In this document: positions 63,352 through 64,000 of the stretch, piece after piece | Layout of the letters: every line of letters begins with the position of its first letter | How positions within the stretch are numbered: position 1 is the first letter of the stretch | Made by a program: the position numbers and the translations under genes | NCBI GenBank assembly: GCA_037379345.1 | Contig: CM074513.1 | Coordinates: forward strand, 18,972,001 to 19,036,000 | Source of the DNA: Perna viridis | Taxonomy: Eukaryota | Length of the DNA stretch: 64,000 bases | Direction of reading: 5' to 3' | Notes under the pieces: generated by a model | Told to the model about the DNA's origin: nothing | The model's database searches: none | What the model saw: only the letters and a program-made list of their open reading frames with translations

Positions 63352-64000
63352 TAGGGACTGACTGAGGCAAAAAAGTTGCTTTTTGGTTTCAAACTTCACC
63401 GTATATACCACAAAAGAGAAGCAAAAGTCACCCTTAAAATAGAAAAAGTTGATCGAAAGTCACCCCAAAGTGACAGTAAACATAATAAACTATGAATTAA
63501 TTTTCCTTTGTTTGAGTTTACAAATAAATAGTTACTGAAAATTAAAATGTATCATTGATTAAACAAACATTGTACACTGAAGATAAAATTTCGATACATG
63601 CGTGGCTGACAGGCGAAACGCCGAAACCTGGTAGAAAGTGAAAGATAGCTGAAAATGCGATCGAGTCGCCAAGGAAGAAATTTTCCAAAGAAATTACACA
63701 AAAGAAATACTCTGACACAGTGGCAATTATTTTCTTTTACTTCAGTGGATCTGCATTTAGATCAAATAAGCTTAGGGAAATTAAAATGCTGTTATACCTT
63801 CCCACAGTAAAGTTTGCTCAAATTCACTCTGTGAGGTGGTAACGTCTTCAAAAGTCAATAGAAGTGATATATAGGATTCACCCTGCTCTTCTTAAAGCCC
63901 TTGAGCATGGAGAAACCGCCAATCCAGCTGCAAGGGGGATTTATGCAGAAGTTTCCCAGTACACTTTCATTTCACTCATATGCTGATGGACATATAGCCA
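63352..64000 (+). mobile_element. Decayed hAT transposon with ZNF862-like transposase remnant (runs off window)
   Basis: TAGGG start and repeated AAAGTCACCC subterminal motifs. Frame from 63588 reads ..KYSDTVAIIFFYFSGSAFRSNKLREI..HSVRW*RLQKSIEVIYRIHPALLKALEH..ARGIY, with stops at 63639 and 63840. Confidence 0.75.

Noticed and set aside
63603-63636. Hammerhead-ribozyme-like motif CTGACA-GGCG-AAA-CGCC-GAAACCTGGTA
   Set aside because: It lacks the core G of CUGANGA, no stem I can form, and it lies in the putative transposase N-terminal reading frame.
63745-63842. Second exon of the divergent gene after TTTTACTTCAG
   Set aside because: It reaches stops in both candidate phases and is better explained as transposase coding sequence.

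Overview
AT-rich, intron-rich animal genomic DNA. The repeat families look bivalve, possibly mussel; this is my recollection and is unverified. The + strand carries the 3' part of HERC1, a giant HECT E3 ligase. I could join 56 GT-AG exons (1..50306) in consistent phase into about 3,500 codons covering SPRY, UBA, a Cys/His motif, WD40, RLD2 and HECT; the N-terminus lies upstream of the window. A complete 5-exon CDC34/UBE2R2 E2 gene (237 aa) lies convergent on the - strand. It probably shares a short bidirectional promoter with an unidentified + strand gene, whose first intron holds a decayed hAT transposase. The introns contain many MITEs, HINE-like elements, Naiad-like Penelope fragments and minisatellites. 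The most notable oddities are: a decayed UPF1 coding fragment in a HERC1 intron; a four-fold tandem duplication of a HECT exon acceptor; a composite twin-MITE element with a single outer TSD; inverted MITEs bracketing a five-exon block whose length is a multiple of three; and a ~60-bp hairpin-only retroposon. I found no prokaryote-type system and no clearly new multi-gene system. All homology calls are from memory, without database searches.
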